From contig JAUFOQ010000002.1 of NCBI GenBank assembly GCA_040285855.1, forward strand, positions 1,240,001 through 1,304,000: a DNA stretch of 64,000 nucleotides, read 5' to 3'. Shown here one piece after another: positions 11,150 to 24,545 of the stretch. Under the pieces are notes generated by a model. The model ran no database searches and had not been told where the DNA came from. It worked only from the letters and a program-made list of their open reading frames with translations. Within the stretch, counting starts at the first letter, position 1. Each line of letters starts with the position of its first letter. Source of the stretch: Eukaryota sp. GEM-RC1. Taxonomy: Eukaryota. The position numbers and the translations under genes were made by a program.

Positions 11150-11962
11150 TTAACTCGTCATCAACAACTGATTGGTGAGCTCTACCACTTCACGATCTTT
11201 AACTATCAATAGCTGTTCCAATCGATCTAAATCAACAGTGTCATCATTACGTCGCCTTCTATTAGATCCAGATAAACGAAGTTTGTTTAATTCTTCAGAC
11301 TGCCGCTCAACAACAGCTTTCAGAGTAGAATTTTCCTTTGATAAAGATACAAATGAAGAGGAAGGTAGTGGTGAAGCAGGAGAATTCGGAAGAAGTCTAT
11401 GGCCATCAGTAAGCTTGGTTTCTCGTCCTACAGAAGGTTTGTTGGTTAAGGAATGAGTCCTTTCATTACTTTTCTCTCGTAGTTGTGACTCCAGAAGGGT
11501 AATTTTGGAAATTAAACGTTTATGATCTTCAATTGAAGGAGTATTAGAAGATGTAGAATGAACTGAAGAGAGTCGATGAAGAAGATCATGTGAATGCATT
11601 AGAGCTTGTTCTGCTCGTTGAGACTCGTACATTCTGGCAAGCTTTTGATCCTTTAAGAAACGTTTGAGATCTTTTTCATGATCAGACAGTAGTCTTATAT
11701 GATTTCGAAGCCGAGATACTTCTTCCTGGGACCAAGAATAAGAATCAGAGAGTTCTAGAAACTGACGTTTGATAGGTCGAAGTTCATTAACTTCTGTCTG
11801 TAGAGAGTCTACACACTCACAAGCTTCTTCCTTAAGTTTTTCTGTGTCTTGTAATTCTTGTTTCAGAACATGGACAACTTCTTTTAAAGTAGAAAGTGAT
11901 GTAAGTGTGCGTTCATGATCATTTTTCAGTGAAGCATAAGACAGGGAAAGATCACTACTCAT
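11150..11962 (-). CDS. Coiled-coil protein of unknown function
   Basis: 270-aa ORF from ATG at 11962 with heptad-rich E/K/L/Q composition. Confidence 0.75.
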   Translation of the reverse strand: MSSDLSLSYASLKNDHERTLTSLSTLKEVVHVLKQELQDTEKLKEEACECVDSLQTEVNELRPIKRQFLELSDSYSWSQEEVSRLRNHIRLLSDHEKDLKRFLKDQKLARMYESQRAEQALMHSHDLLHRLSSVHSTSSNTPSIEDHKRLISKITLLESQLREKSNERTHSLTNKPSVGRETKLTDGHRLLPNSPASPLPSSSFVSLSKENSTLKAVVERQSEELNKLRLSGSNRRRRNDDTVDLDRLEQLLIVKDREVVELTNQLLMTS

Positions 11963-12271
11963 ATGAGTAGTTGGACAGCGGATTGGCAAAGAAATATTTT
12001 GAGGAACAATTTTGTTTTGTACATGTATCTACAATGCACAACAACAATTACTATGCACTCCCAAACACATGTAGATACAAACTACTAGCAGGATGACTAT
12101 TGTTGACATGGTTTAGACATCGAGGTCATTCTCCATCAATTTGTATAGAAACATAATTATATATTTTTCCTAACATATCACATGTCAGCATCAAAATGAG
12201 CTTGACAAACACTGTGACAGCCAGAATACTGTCAGATATGTAAAATGAATGTTCAATTGATCAAAAATATG

Positions 12272-12344
12272 CTCACCCGATGAGAATCGAACTCACAACC
12301 TTTCGATTAACAGTCGAGCGCACTACCGATTGTGCTACAGGTGA
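12272..12344 (-). tRNA. tRNA-Asn (GTT)
   Basis: TCACCTG-TA-GCAC AATCGGTA GTGC-G-CTCGA CTGTTAA TCGAA-AGGTT-GTGAG TTCGATT CTCAT-CGGGTGA-G folds as a cloverleaf; a T5 Pol III terminator follows 4 nt downstream. Confidence 0.92.
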
Positions 12345-12624
12345 TTCTGGAAAATGATATATGTCGGATTATTTTGTTTTTACGGACCGTTTCAGATTTC
12401 GCATATGATGTACAGAAAGTTTGGACTAATAGACAATTGATACGTCATTAAAGAAATAAAGGAAATAAAGGAATTAAGTATCGTCAAATAGATGAATAGT
12501 TCATTTGTATAGAAGTTTTCCACATTGCTTGAATCCTATGCTGGACCAATTGTGACGTGATGGTTCGAGAGTAGATTTAGAGCATTTTATATCTTTTTAA
12601 CACTAGTAGTTTCCATAGTTTTCA

Positions 12625-13072
12625 TACTCCGTGGCTTAAATCGAGTCAATCATTAATGGATTTTACTACAGTAGATGTTTGTAACAAATCTTGTGTTAGT
12701 AGGATATTAGATTCTTCTTTTAATCCATCAACAGCTGCTTAAAAGCTCAAACACTCCAAGTATGACTCTCAAGTAGAAGAATTAAATAGAAATTCATATT
12801 CCAAATTTGTGTTTCAACCTTTTTCTGTTTCTCTTTTTGGATCTATTAGTCCTGTTGGTGATCAATTTTTCCAGGATTTCGAAGAATTGTGTAAAGAAAA
12901 GAAGTGTAAGTTTAGAATGGCTGTATGGAAAAACCGTATAGGGTTTTCCACATATCGGAATATGCCTTTCTATTTCTCTATATTAATCGAGAAATTGTAC
13001 AAGTTTGGTGTGAAGGTTAATGTTGCTAAACGTAATCTTTTACCTGGTGGTGATGGAGTCATTTGGATTTAA
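12625..13072 (+). mobile_element. Degenerate 3' fragment (RLE endonuclease) of a CRE-like non-LTR retrotransposon
   Basis: LMDFTTVDVC..KHSKY..FQPFSVSLFG..VWKNRIGFS is paralogous to 36554-37429; contains an in-frame stop. Confidence 0.75.
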
Positions 13073-13579
13073 TCTTAATATTATTTGTTTTTGTTTACAA
13101 TTTCATAGTTTTGTACGAAGGTTACCTTATTGGGTGCCGATTAAAGTAATGTTGTTTGTAGTTTATATTTTGTAAATTGATGAGGTATACATGTACTCAT
13201 TTCGTAAAAATTATGATTTCATAGATTTAGTAAAATATTACAACAGCCATCCCAATGTCACTACATTTATTAAATCACTACAACTACTTACTAGTAGTCA
13301 TACAGTCAGACTCCAGGTAATGCACTACTCAATGCTGTATAGGAGCGTTTATTGTGGATTTGTATATCAACAATGCAAAACAACTTTGAACGATTTCACA
13401 TGTTACGTTTGTCACAAAATACTCTTATAATGTGTCACGACGTTATCACAGAGTTTCACGACGTAATGGGCAGCTATGATTATGAATCTCACTCAAAACA
13501 AAATTCGTCCAAACTTTTATACACGATTCAAACAACTTGAATTTTTAAACAACATATACATCACAATAATTCATCCTGT

Positions 13580-14712
13580 TCAACCCAAACTAGAGTAATC
13601 AACGACACCACTCAAAAGAACTAAACACTCAATGCTTCCAAAAACAAAGGGCAAATCCTCCTCTGAGATAGCCGTATCTCCCCTAAAGAACTGTTCCGAG
13701 GCCAAAGTCCTACAAAACAGCTCAATCACTCTCGACTTAACCCCAACTCTTTGTGGTATAATCATTAAAGACTTCGAATCAGAAGAAATCGGACCAAATC
13801 TAAGCAGTGCTTCAACTCTACAAACAATAAACTTTAAGTGGAAAAACAATGACACCACCTCATCCAAAGCAGAATCCACCCAATGAATAAGACTAGCTCT
13901 CATATCCTCCATTTCTAGAGTCATTTCCTTTAATCTAGATGCTAAAGTGCCTTCATTTGAAGCTTTAGTATTCAAATGATCCATTCTAACTATCCAACCA
14001 GAGTTGCTGAAGACTTCTTGCACTACATCTAGTTTAGGCCGATATACTACAATGGCATACATTGAAGAGGATGCATCAGCAATCACAAGTTGAGCAGACC
14101 TGGGGACAACGTATTCGCTCACTGTTTCATAAGTATTAACAAAACGATTGATGTCGGCAGATGGAATGACAATTAATATAGTAACCAAGCTATCCGTAGA
14201 AATTACTTCGGTATTTACCAGCAAGTCATTAACAGAACGAGTTGACAGAGGCCCAGACACCTTCTTAGAAAGCTCCTGGTGAGTTGCTGTCAGTTTGGAA
14301 TGTTCTGAGGTGTTATCTCTTAATTGTTCATCAATTGTCGACGCCACATTATCTAACTCGTGCACAAGTTCTGGAATGGGTGTGAGAAGAGAGAACTTGG
14401 ACTGATTCCAGGAGATTCCATGTTCAAGAGATGACTGAATTTCTGGTGTTATGCATGTAAGGACATACTGTTGGAGCTAGCGTTCTTAACTTTGGTAAAA
14501 TCATCAATATATGAATCAAGACGATAGATAAGTTGACGTATGGATTCATCAAGGGTTTTAAGGTCATCTAAAAGACGGAGTAGGGTATCAAGATTTTCAG
14601 TTTTGAATACAGGAAGAGAAAAAGGAAGTATTTTGACTAATTTGTTGAGTTCACGTTGATATGAAGGCTGTAGAAGCTGGTCAAAGGTAGACGGAACAAC
14701 AGTGATGAACAT
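13580..14712 (-). CDS. VMA5: V-type ATPase subunit C (frameshift near 14473)
   Basis: FKTENLDTLLRLLDDL, WNQSKF, FVNTYETVSEYVVPRSA, HLKFIVCRVEALLRFG. Confidence 0.88.
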
Positions 14713-14773
14713 CCAACTGTTTGGTGGTAAAAGCAGTTGATGGGAAGTAATTTCTCCAATTAATCACCTAAAC

Positions 14774-17700
14774 ATGCACTTAGTAAACCAGTTCCACTTC
14801 GATCAATGTCCCTTGTTTCATTGCGAAAATGACCCTAAACCCGCAGTCTCCGCACGTACATCTCGTGTTGGTCTTCTCTTATGTCTACATATAGGATGTG
14901 ATCCTCCCGATAAACATTTCCGTGATGGCGAAGAAAGAGCCACTACTATAGCCTCATATAATCCTTCTCATCTTCCAAGATCTGATGTATCTACTTATAT
15001 TGGTCGTCAACTCAAGAATCAACTTAAGCAAATTAAGATAGACGACACATCTGTTGAACACTCCCCCTGACATCGTTGTTGAAGATCTTGCCGCATTTTG
15101 CAGTAATCTTCGTCGCTCTTCTCAGCCCGTTGCTTTCACAGCAGGACAAGCAGCTGTCTATAATACACGTGTCATTCTCTACTACAATGGATACGGAGTG
15201 CCTGCACCAAAAGCTTCTGAACTCTATTTCCTCAACAAACCTCACACTTCATACATTCCTGTCAACATCCGCAACATTGTACGTCATTTAGGAAATCCTG
15301 CTACTTACATTCTAGATTGTTCTAACAGTGGTACCCTTTTCACCTATCTTGCATCTCTCCCAAACTCCTACGTCTTCTGCTCTTGTAGCGAAGGTCAGCA
15401 ACTTCCACGTGATCCTTGTCTGCCTGCTGATTTCTTTACGTCTTGTCTAACAGCACCTGTTGAAACTGCGTTGTTGTGGTATATTTCAAGATCTCATATC
15501 TCTGAACTTGATCCCTCAATTATTGTTAAGCTCAAGGACTTTAATGGAGGAGAGTCGCTGAGTGATCGTAAATCAGATCTAGGTGAGCTCTTCTCGATTT
15601 TGACTGCTGTTATGGATGCAATCGCTTGGTCAGTCCTGCCTAAATCGTCATTTAGAGATCTTTTACGTACCGATAATCCATCAGCTTTCCTATTTCGTCA
15701 CTTTCTACTTGCTGAACGCATCATGAGCTGTACTGGAATCACTCCACTTTGTTCCCCTCGAATGCCCCCATCACGTCATCATTTTCTTTGGCAGTGTTGG
15801 GATAAGACAGTTGATTGTTTCATGAGAGGACTCGTGATTGACTCTGATGGTACAATCACGGAAGCTCGCGTGCCTCCTTTCTTTAAGGAACAGTTGAAGT
15901 GCTTTGAGGATTCGTTGATTGTTGAACGGTGTGAGCTCCTTGACGGCGATGTTCAATCAAACTGTTGTCACTTGCCTATTTTGCTACAGGCTGTTATTGC
16001 TCAGAATCATCGTGAACATGCTGTACAGTTATTGGCTAAGTATGTTGATCATGGCAAACATGCAGTTGATGGAATCATCAACGTAGGATTTTTGACCTAC
16101 TTTAGAAAACTGATTGACAGTCATTATTCAAGACCAGAGTTTCTCCACATTTGTTCCACCATTTGTTACCACGCCAAAACACGTTTCTTCTACCACCTCA
16201 CTAGAAGCAAATCTCTGGTCGATCTCAGACTTTTCTTCACCACCTCTGCTGCTAGCGAGTTCTCCTTCAGCACTAGAGGAGAGTCTTTGTTCTTTTTAGC
16301 TCACTTCATTGAAACTATTGGAACAGATGTTTCTAGATACTGTGGGGAAGGACATGCTAACGTTCTCGTTAATCAGATCATGGGCCTGGAGAATAATAGT
16401 TCGAATGGGTATAGTTTCTATTGTGAATGGCTTTTGATATGTATGGCGAAGCTGTTGGAGTTGTTTCATCCGAATTTAGCAAAGGTTATTATAACGCCAG
16501 AGTTGATCAACAAGTTGTGGAGTCTTGTCGTGAATTCTTCATTTGCTTCTGTTAGAGTTTTGTCAGTTAGTGTCTTACATGAGGTGTTTTTGTTCTTCAA
16601 TAGAACTAACACGGCTAATGATAATCTGATTGATACAGCTATTGGTACCACGTGTCACGTTGTTCATGACGCGGCTCCGATTGTTAGGAAGTTTACTTAT
16701 CTTTTTTGGTTGGATGTGGCGGAGAAGTCAATCAAAAATGACAAAGTGTCAGATTCTGCAGTAATTAAAATATTAAAGCAATTAATATCCGTGGTAAATG
16801 ACCCAGATCCTTCCTGTTTTTCTTCTTTAGTGAAAGATTCAGCTAGTCTAGTTAAAATCCTTGCTGGCAAAAAGATCAGCAAAGCTGTAAAATCAGTGTT
16901 GTCAGAATTTTTAAATTTGTTGGACAGTGCAAAATCTGTTGTTCAGAATATTCAGTACTCTAATCACGTTCTCAAAGAAATGTCAAAGCAAGGAATCAAA
17001 AGACCAAATCAAAGAAGGACTTTGACGTTAGTTTCTGCACTAACCTCGACAATCATTTACTGAACACCACTTTCTTGATTGATTTATGCCCTGACTCTCT
17101 GTTCAGCTACTTCACTGGTCTCTATGTTGACGTTAAGCATAATAATCAATCGTTTGATCCCAAATTAATGCAGATTCAATTGAGAAACGAGGCTATTTCT
17201 AAATCAGCTATTGCCAGTGTATCTAATCTTTCTACAGATCCAATTGCTGCTGGTGTTTCTGTCTTTGGTATGATGAACCTTAACGGATCCTTTTTCAACG
17301 TTGATCACATCGTTTTCCATCCTTATGATCTCTACTTCGTCGCAGTCGATCAGCAAGGTATGGCTCAACTCCAAGTGTGGGATCCATCAATCAAGCAATC
17401 AAAGGAGACAACAGTCAATCCTGAGCTCTTCTTTTCAGCTGCTCCCCTCTCACACACGTCACTTCTTGAATCCTCGATCTCCAGTGTCTTGCTAGCAGAC
17501 GATCATTTAGTTGAGTCATGCTTGGTTTCCGCTACCACTGACTGCTCAGTATTTCTCTCTGTACCTAGGTCTCACCCAGCCTTTAATGCTGACTCAGATG
17601 GAGTTCTGGCAGGGTTCAGACCTATTGCTGGTGATCAACCTTGGAATAAGGTGGCTAATAATTATCATGAGATTAGTTTAACTGGAGATTCGCGGTATAT

Positions 17701-18314
17701 GGCTTCCAAATGCTGCTGGTTATGCAGTTTCCATTACAGACTTTTCTAGTTTAACTGTCTGCCAATCATATGACGTGCGAGGATCAGATAAACCAGATGA
17801 TTTTGCTCTTTCTTTGAATTGGGTTTCTGATCATTTACTTGGAGTTGGTACCACCCAAGGAGTTGTTCAACTGTTTGATAAAAGATCTCAAACTCCAACT
17901 AATGTATTAAGTCATGGATCAAAGGTTTCAAATATTTTAAATTTCTCTCAAGATGCCAATGTTTTCGCTTCTTGTTCCACTGATTCCATTCAGGTTCACG
18001 ACCTGAGGAACCCCACCTCTGTTCTTACCACTATCACTCACTCTTTGCCAGTTGTCACCACCTCCGCTCATGGCCATGGTAAGTTCATTTGTTCCCTATA
18101 CAAGCAAAACCTACTCAAAGTGTTTGATGTAGAAGGAAACACCATCTCCACACATGTTTATCGTCATCAAGGTTTTGCTCCCGCTGCATCTGCTCAGGGA
18201 ATGGTGTTTCATAAGTACCGTTCTTTGTTGGGGGTTTTTGACGATGCTTCTTGTGTTGCTTTGCTTGCAAACAACACTGACTTTGAGCCGTATAATCATG
18301 GTATACAGTTTTGA
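14774..18314 (+). CDS. RPTOR: Raptor/KOG1 (TORC1 subunit): RNC domain, ARM repeats, WD40; three frameshifts
   Basis: LCLHIGCDPPD, LYYNGYGVP, YILDCSNSG, LPADFFTSCLTAP, LGELFSILTAVMDAIAW, FRHFLLAERIM, and a C-terminal WD40 region. Confidence 0.92.
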
Positions 18315-18379
18315 AAGTCAAGAATCTTGTTAGTTAATTTATTTGTTGTTAATTTTTGAATGTAAATATTATAGTATTT

Positions 18380-19930
18380 TTAAACTTTGGATCTGTGCTT
18401 TGGAACAAAGTTAAACTCGGGACCAACCTTCCCCAAGAACATCTCACTAATACTAACCCAATCATTAGCTCTATCAGATGCTAGGATGGTCTCAGTGTCA
18501 TTCCTTCCAGAAAAGGAAGGACTTCGAAGGTTCAAGTACTGAGTGTGACCATCTGCTATGAGCCCAAGAGGAACATATCGAGTAAAAAAAGATAGAAATT
18601 CTAATAAATATCGACGTGTCATTTCTACTCCTGCTTGATCAGAACCCCAAAACTCTAACCCGTAATTGCAAAAATTTCTTAAAATATCCATTCTTTCAGT
18701 TCCACTTATATCATAAAGCTTTCCTTCGTTTAATTCCTTAAATATCCAAGGTTTGTAAAGGGCACCACGACCAACACAAATATTTGAAATTCCCAAATTA
18801 TTTAATTCTGTAACTTGAGAAGGATGGTATACATCTCCATTACCAACAAACAAACACCCATCACCAAGAATATTCTTAACATTGCCCAAATACTCATAAT
18901 CAGCAGTCTTTGTATATCGTTGTTGAGCTGTTCTTCCATGCATCATCACAGAATCAACTCCCCAATCAGCAACGTCACCAATCCAATTGTGAACTGTTGG
19001 CTGAGTCATTCCTTGACGCAATTTCAATGAGATTTTCCTTGACGTCACCTTTTGACCTCTTCCACAATCTTTTTGACCTTCGACTTTTTATCCATTAGAA
19101 CTGCACCCATACCCTTTTTAGTCATTGCATCAATAGGACAAGCACAATTCAATGATAGCCAATCAAAAGAGAAACCTTCCTTTTCTAATACCAATGCTCC
19201 CTTACGTGCTAAGTTTTCATTACCTACAGCGAGTTGAATTCCAAAGAACTTTTCACTTGAGTGTCTTCTTAACAAATTGAACTCAGCAGAAGATCCAGAA
19301 ATCAAACTTTGAGCTGACACCATTTCTGAGCACGTGATGAGATCTGGGTAAAAGTCTACACATAGTCTACGGAAGGGAGCGTGTCCTAGAGTAGCCAAGG
19401 GAGCCAGCCATAGATTAGAATCTGAGGGAAAGTTTGGGGATGGTGAATCTGCTGGAGAATCTATCTGGAAATCATAGTTTTTCTTAGAAAGTTTCATTTT
19501 GAGATCTATAGAAGGATAATTTTGATAGAAAACAGATTGGTAAGGTGAGAAGTCATTGATATCCGTAGGAAAAGGTGAATGATCTTTGCAGAGGCAAGTT
19601 AGACCGAAACTACATCCTGTTGAGGTTAAGGAGAAAGGGCATGAGAAGTCAATGACAGGGGGTTTAGCAGCAACAAAGGCTTCTGTATCATGATCAAACT
19701 TACAAGATTGTCTAGTACATGGACGTTCTATGGCTGCAAAAGAACACAGGCGTGGTATTTGTTTGACATAGTTGTGGTTTTTTCTGTTACGGTTTTTGAA
19801 AGCACCTTTAGCTTTTTTTTGGAGCAGGAGCATCTAATTCGGAATCATTCGTAAGTCTTTTGTGGCCGACATCAGAAGTGTCTCGAGATATAAGGAACTC
19901 TTCCTTTAATGGAAGTTCTCCATCTTGCAT
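18380..19930 (-). CDS. DUS3: tRNA-dihydrouridine(47) synthase DUS3-like; two homopolymer frameshifts
   Basis: CCCH fingers, LAPLATLGHAPFRRLC, LLRRHSSEKFFGIQL, LNCACPID, HGRTAQQRYTKTADY, FVPKHRS. Confidence 0.92.
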
Positions 19931-20339
19931 TTTGTATTGTGAACTGAAGTAGAAAGAAATTGATTTTAGTAAGGCCCAAACAAAAGCTGTCATCAAACAA
20001 ATCGAAATCAAACACATTAGAACAGGGCCGCTTGATATGGCAAAAAGAAACGGTTTTTCTTATGTTAGAAAGTTATTGGACATTCTTCGTCTATAACAGC
20101 CATAGAAAATTTTGAACATTCCAAGTATGACCATCAAGTAGAAACTACAATGTAGATGAAAAATCATATTCCAAATAAGCTCAATACGAATATATTCAGT
20201 GAAGAGTCCGACCTTAATGATTTAAGAGCTGAAAAACTGTCCCCTTCATCTACAAACTCTTCTTTTAAAATTTGCGAAAAAGAAGGAACAGTGGTTTGAT
20301 CAATTTTTTGACACATATATACTACTAGTCATTTATAAA

Positions 20340-21025
20340 CATAGCTGAAAAATACACTTTTGTGTATTTTTGTATTTTTAGTGTATTTTTGTATTTTTGT
20401 AAAATACAACTGTGTCTCAAAAGTGTATTTTTTGTATTTTTGTATTTTTGTATTTTTTGAACGAATTTCGCTAGATTTCAACATTTCTCTGATTGTACTA
20501 TCTAAACCGTTGAAAGCCATGGTTAGTATGTGTAGATCAATCAACTAACGGCATTCAGTTGGTAAATTACTTCTCTCAACAATTATGATACAACCCTCTC
20601 CTAGTAAAACCCCTCCTGTCAACTATTCTTTACGTCACGTCAAGGGTGGGAATCCTCTTTGGAGTATGGTTGCTGTCAGCAACCCCAAAGGGACCTCCCA
20701 ATATATAGCAGTGATCTAATGATGAATTGTTTCTCCCCTGAAGCTGGAAAGCCACGGCGTAAAAATAGATCACGTATTATGAAGATGAGAGAAGACGAAA
20801 ATCTGTTAGAAAGTGAAGAATCAGTTTTCTAACTCAAGAGTATTGTAGTCACAAACCTACTTAGCTTATTCCAATAATTTGAGTAAGAAACAACAAATAG
20901 TTATTGTTTTTAATAAATCAATTTTTATTACTTGTATTTTTGTATTTTCGTGTGTAATTTTGTATTTTTGTATTTTTGTATTTTTGTATTTTTCAAACAC
21001 GTGTTGGTTGTATTTGACAGCTATG
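20340..21025. mobile_element. Non-autonomous hAT-type element (MITE)
   Basis: TIRs CATAGCTGAAAAATACA / CATAGCTGTCAAATACA; 8-bp TSD TTTATAAA (20332-39 and 21026-33); subterminal TGTATTTT repeats. Confidence 0.85.
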
Positions 21026-21199
21026 TTTATAAATGTAACATACTAAGAAAACTAAAATTCGATATCATTAAAACAACATCCTTCACTATGTAATCTTACA
21101 ACAGCTTTGTCCTCTTAAAAGGAACTCACAGTAAGTACAGCTTTGAAGACGATTAGGTGAATTGTATTAATAACAGAAAAGACGATACGATTCAACCAT

Positions 21200-21800
21200 A
21201 ACATATGCCCAATTAATTAATTGTAATAAGTAATTGGCTTAAAACTGGGAGACAAATTAATCGAGCAATTAATTGTAATAATTACAAACGTTTCAAACGC
21301 ACGAAGTGAATAGAATTTGCACTGTATTGTATTATCTAGATCTCAAAAATCAATTTTACTTATTCACACAGACTTCTTTGTTTGTTTGCCCTACCAATAC
21401 TCGGTCTCTGTGTTTGAGGACTTTTTGCCGACTAATTCTGAATTTTAGACCACTTTTTTAGAAGTGGAGCGTATATTTAGTAAGGAAAATTTGTGGCGTG
21501 GATTGATTAGTCATGGTCTAATTGGTTTACATCTATCAAGGCAGCCTTTTGGTCACTATACTTGACAATCTTTAGTGAATATAGCTCTGCTTTCTTATTA
21601 TTGATGGCACGTTGTATTCGGAAAACCAGTCTTGTTTACATAAAGAACAATACGCTGGAGGGTCTTTTAATGAAAAATAAAAATGGTTTATACATTCTGT
21701 AGTATATCATGAACCAATTAATTGCCCAATTAATTACGGCAAATGTGATAATTGCAATAATTCATTGCTTCACGAAAAATGAGAGCAATTGATTGGCAAT
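21200..21800. mobile_element. Degenerate DNA transposon remnant
   Basis: CAATTAATT repeats at both ends and an internal TFLEVERIFSK resembling the hAT C-terminal motif; no clean TSD. Confidence 0.4.
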
Positions 21801-21989
21801 GCAAATGTTCTAAGTACTGAACATATGATTAAAGCGTTTGTTTCCCTTTTTACGATTTTTCCGCCATCGTTCAAAAAATTCCCTGTACTTTTTCCTAAAC
21901 GGCCGCAAAGGTCGTAATTCTTTTATAGAAAGTATTTATTGACAACAACATTCCAGTGTACAGACATCTAAGAATCAATATCCTCAAAG

Positions 21990-22600
21990 TCCAGATTGCC
22001 TATTTGGAAATTCGCACCTACCTCAATATCTGCTAAAGGATAATAAAGAGTCAGATACAGAAATCACCATACCTTTATAGATAGCAAAGACAATTCGATT
22101 TTTCCAAAATCCAAGATAAAAGTCCTAGATGTGTTTTCTTTTCAATCTTCACAAAGATTTCAAGTAATGATTTTGCAGATTCTCTTAAAGAACTGTACAG
22201 ATTAAAATACAAATGGGCACATCAAGCAATACGAGTGTGAAACCGAATTCAATAATTTCAGTTTAGCACAATATTTTTACCTTTTGAATTTTTCACCATT
22301 CAACAGAAGGTTTTTGGTATTAGATTTAGCGAGTTTCTTTTTAGAATCATTACAAACATCGATAGCAACAATGAAAGATCCATCGAGACCAGGAAATATC
22401 ACATCACCAACGGCTATTTCCAAACGATTTCAACATCCGTATCATCACACAAACCAGCCAGATTTTCCTTGTTCTAAAAAGGAAAATATTCCATATGATT
22501 TACACATACACATCCAATAAAATTGATCCCTTACAAGCAGAAGTTCTCGAATGAACAAAGCACATCAAGAACAACATATTTCCCTTTGTTAATTCATTTT
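21990..22600 (-). mobile_element. Degenerate CRE-like retrotransposon RLE fragment
   Basis: Minus-strand GDVIFPGLDGSFIVAIDVCN..FKR*KY..FWKNRIVFAIYKG. Confidence 0.7.
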
Positions 22601-22958
22601 ATGGGGGCTTACTCTTTGTGGTCTCTCAGACTTAAAGAAAGTTGGTCAAAGAAGAACGACCAACAATTTTGATCAAAAGATATGGTTAATCTCATTGTCT
22701 TGCCGTTCATTAGAACACACGGTACGGTCTCGAAAGCGCTGTTAGCTCTTACTACTGTAGTATTAATTTTAATACACACACAAATATTCTGTGGGATTGA
22801 ATCGAAATTAGTGGTTGTTGGGATTGTCTGTTTGTATTCTATATATTACTTCTCCACCTCATATCATCTTGTAATTGTTTCTATTATTGTTGTTTTCATC
22901 CAAAAGTACAAAATAGTAGACTTCATATTATACAAATTCTTTCAAGGGGGTTCTACAT

Positions 22959-23849
22959 CAGGGATGCGAAAAAATATATTGATATTTTATTTATTGCAAT
23001 AAATATTAAAAATATATTTATTGTTGGTCAAAACAATAACAATATATTTATTGTGAGTCCCAGCAATAAACAATAATATTGCAATAATATTGTTTATTGT
23101 GGCAATACTCTCTATCACTAAAATGATCCATTTGTTTGATGTTATATTCAATTTTGCATCCATTTTTGGAGTAAACAAGATGCATTGTGGGTGCAGTAGT
23201 CCTCTGACGAACTTTCACTTTAGTAAAAACAACCTAGACAAAAGAGTATACTATTTGTTTACGTCAAATTGTTGACTGTTTGGCTTTTGAACTGATGTTG
23301 TTCAACAAAGTCTAAACGGCAATCAAGAACTGATGACCATAAGAGTGAGAAACGTTCAGTGAAGGACTTTTTGCGTGGGACATACCACTAGCAGAGCGTT
23401 TGGAAAATGTCACTGATTCTCATTAATCCAAATTTCACTATATTGATTTTACACTCAAAACAAATCCATCCAAGCAAATCGAAGGACTATTTAGTCGTGC
23501 TAACGTGACTGCTGAAACCCTTCGCACAAGACTACACACATCAAGACTGGAAAAACAACTTTAGTAGATGTATAACACTAATCTATGGTGAAGGTACTGT
23601 TCGCAAAAGTCTTAATACTAACCCTTGACTTGGTTCTTGGACAATGAAGGAGATTTTGTGGATGATGGCGAAGAGACCACAAAAAAAATGAGTCATCGGA
23701 GTGCGTAGAAATATTGCCAATAAATTTATTTATTTATTTCCAAACTTGACAATACCAATATATTTATTGTTGGCCACATCAATAACAATATATTTATTTT
23801 CGTCGTGAACAATAATATATTTAAATAAATATATTTTTTCGCATCCCTG
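22959..23849. mobile_element. Non-autonomous hAT-type element (MITE)
   Basis: Perfect 22-bp TIR CAGGGATGCGAAAAAATATATT; 8-bp TSD TTCTACAT (22951-58 and 23850-57); subterminal CAATA/TATTG repeats. Confidence 0.9.
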
Positions 23850-24545
23850 TTCTACATAGTCTTACTGACATACATTAACAAACAGGATGATAACACAGTG
23901 CAGCGATGTTATTTACACTGATCTCTTTGCTGGGCTTGAGAAGGAATCAAGTCAGAAGAAAGACTGTTGCTCTGTGTTCAAAGAGAGGATTCTGATGAAA
24001 GGAAATCTACTGAAACATGAATGCGGCTTGTCCGATAAAACATCCGAATTGGGATAGACTCCGCTCAACGATTGATTGATTGATTGATTGGTTACTCGAA
24101 GCTAATCACTCTTATTTTAAGTAGTCTAAATACATGTACAAAGTAATTTCTTGTAATAAGAATACTTTAATTCCTCACAATGAAGTCTAGGGCAGCACGG
24201 TTTTCCTCTTTTGCAGTCATCCTACTATAACCACTAATTGGAGTTCCATAGATCAGCATTTGGACCATGATAGTTGGAAGTTGTATATGTGTTAACGGGC
24301 TTCCAAAGTACATGTCAAAGGCCAAAAGATATTTTATATGCAACAAGAACAAAAAAACAACACTTGTTGATGAATATGAATGAATGTTGTTGAGAGGATA
24401 ATCACACCGTTTTAGATTGTATAGTAGCAATTTCTATGATCATTGTTGACAAAGCGCAACAACTGGCTTTAGCTCCAACACAAAGGATATCATGACAGGA
24501 TGTGAGAAATTGGTAGTTGAAGACATCCCTTCTTTTCTCTGTCAA

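Noticed and set aside
15062..15070. CCC-TGA shifty-stop +1 programmed frameshift in Raptor
   Set aside because: Lies in a C-run; most other breaks lack an adjacent stop and go the other direction, so error is more parsimonious
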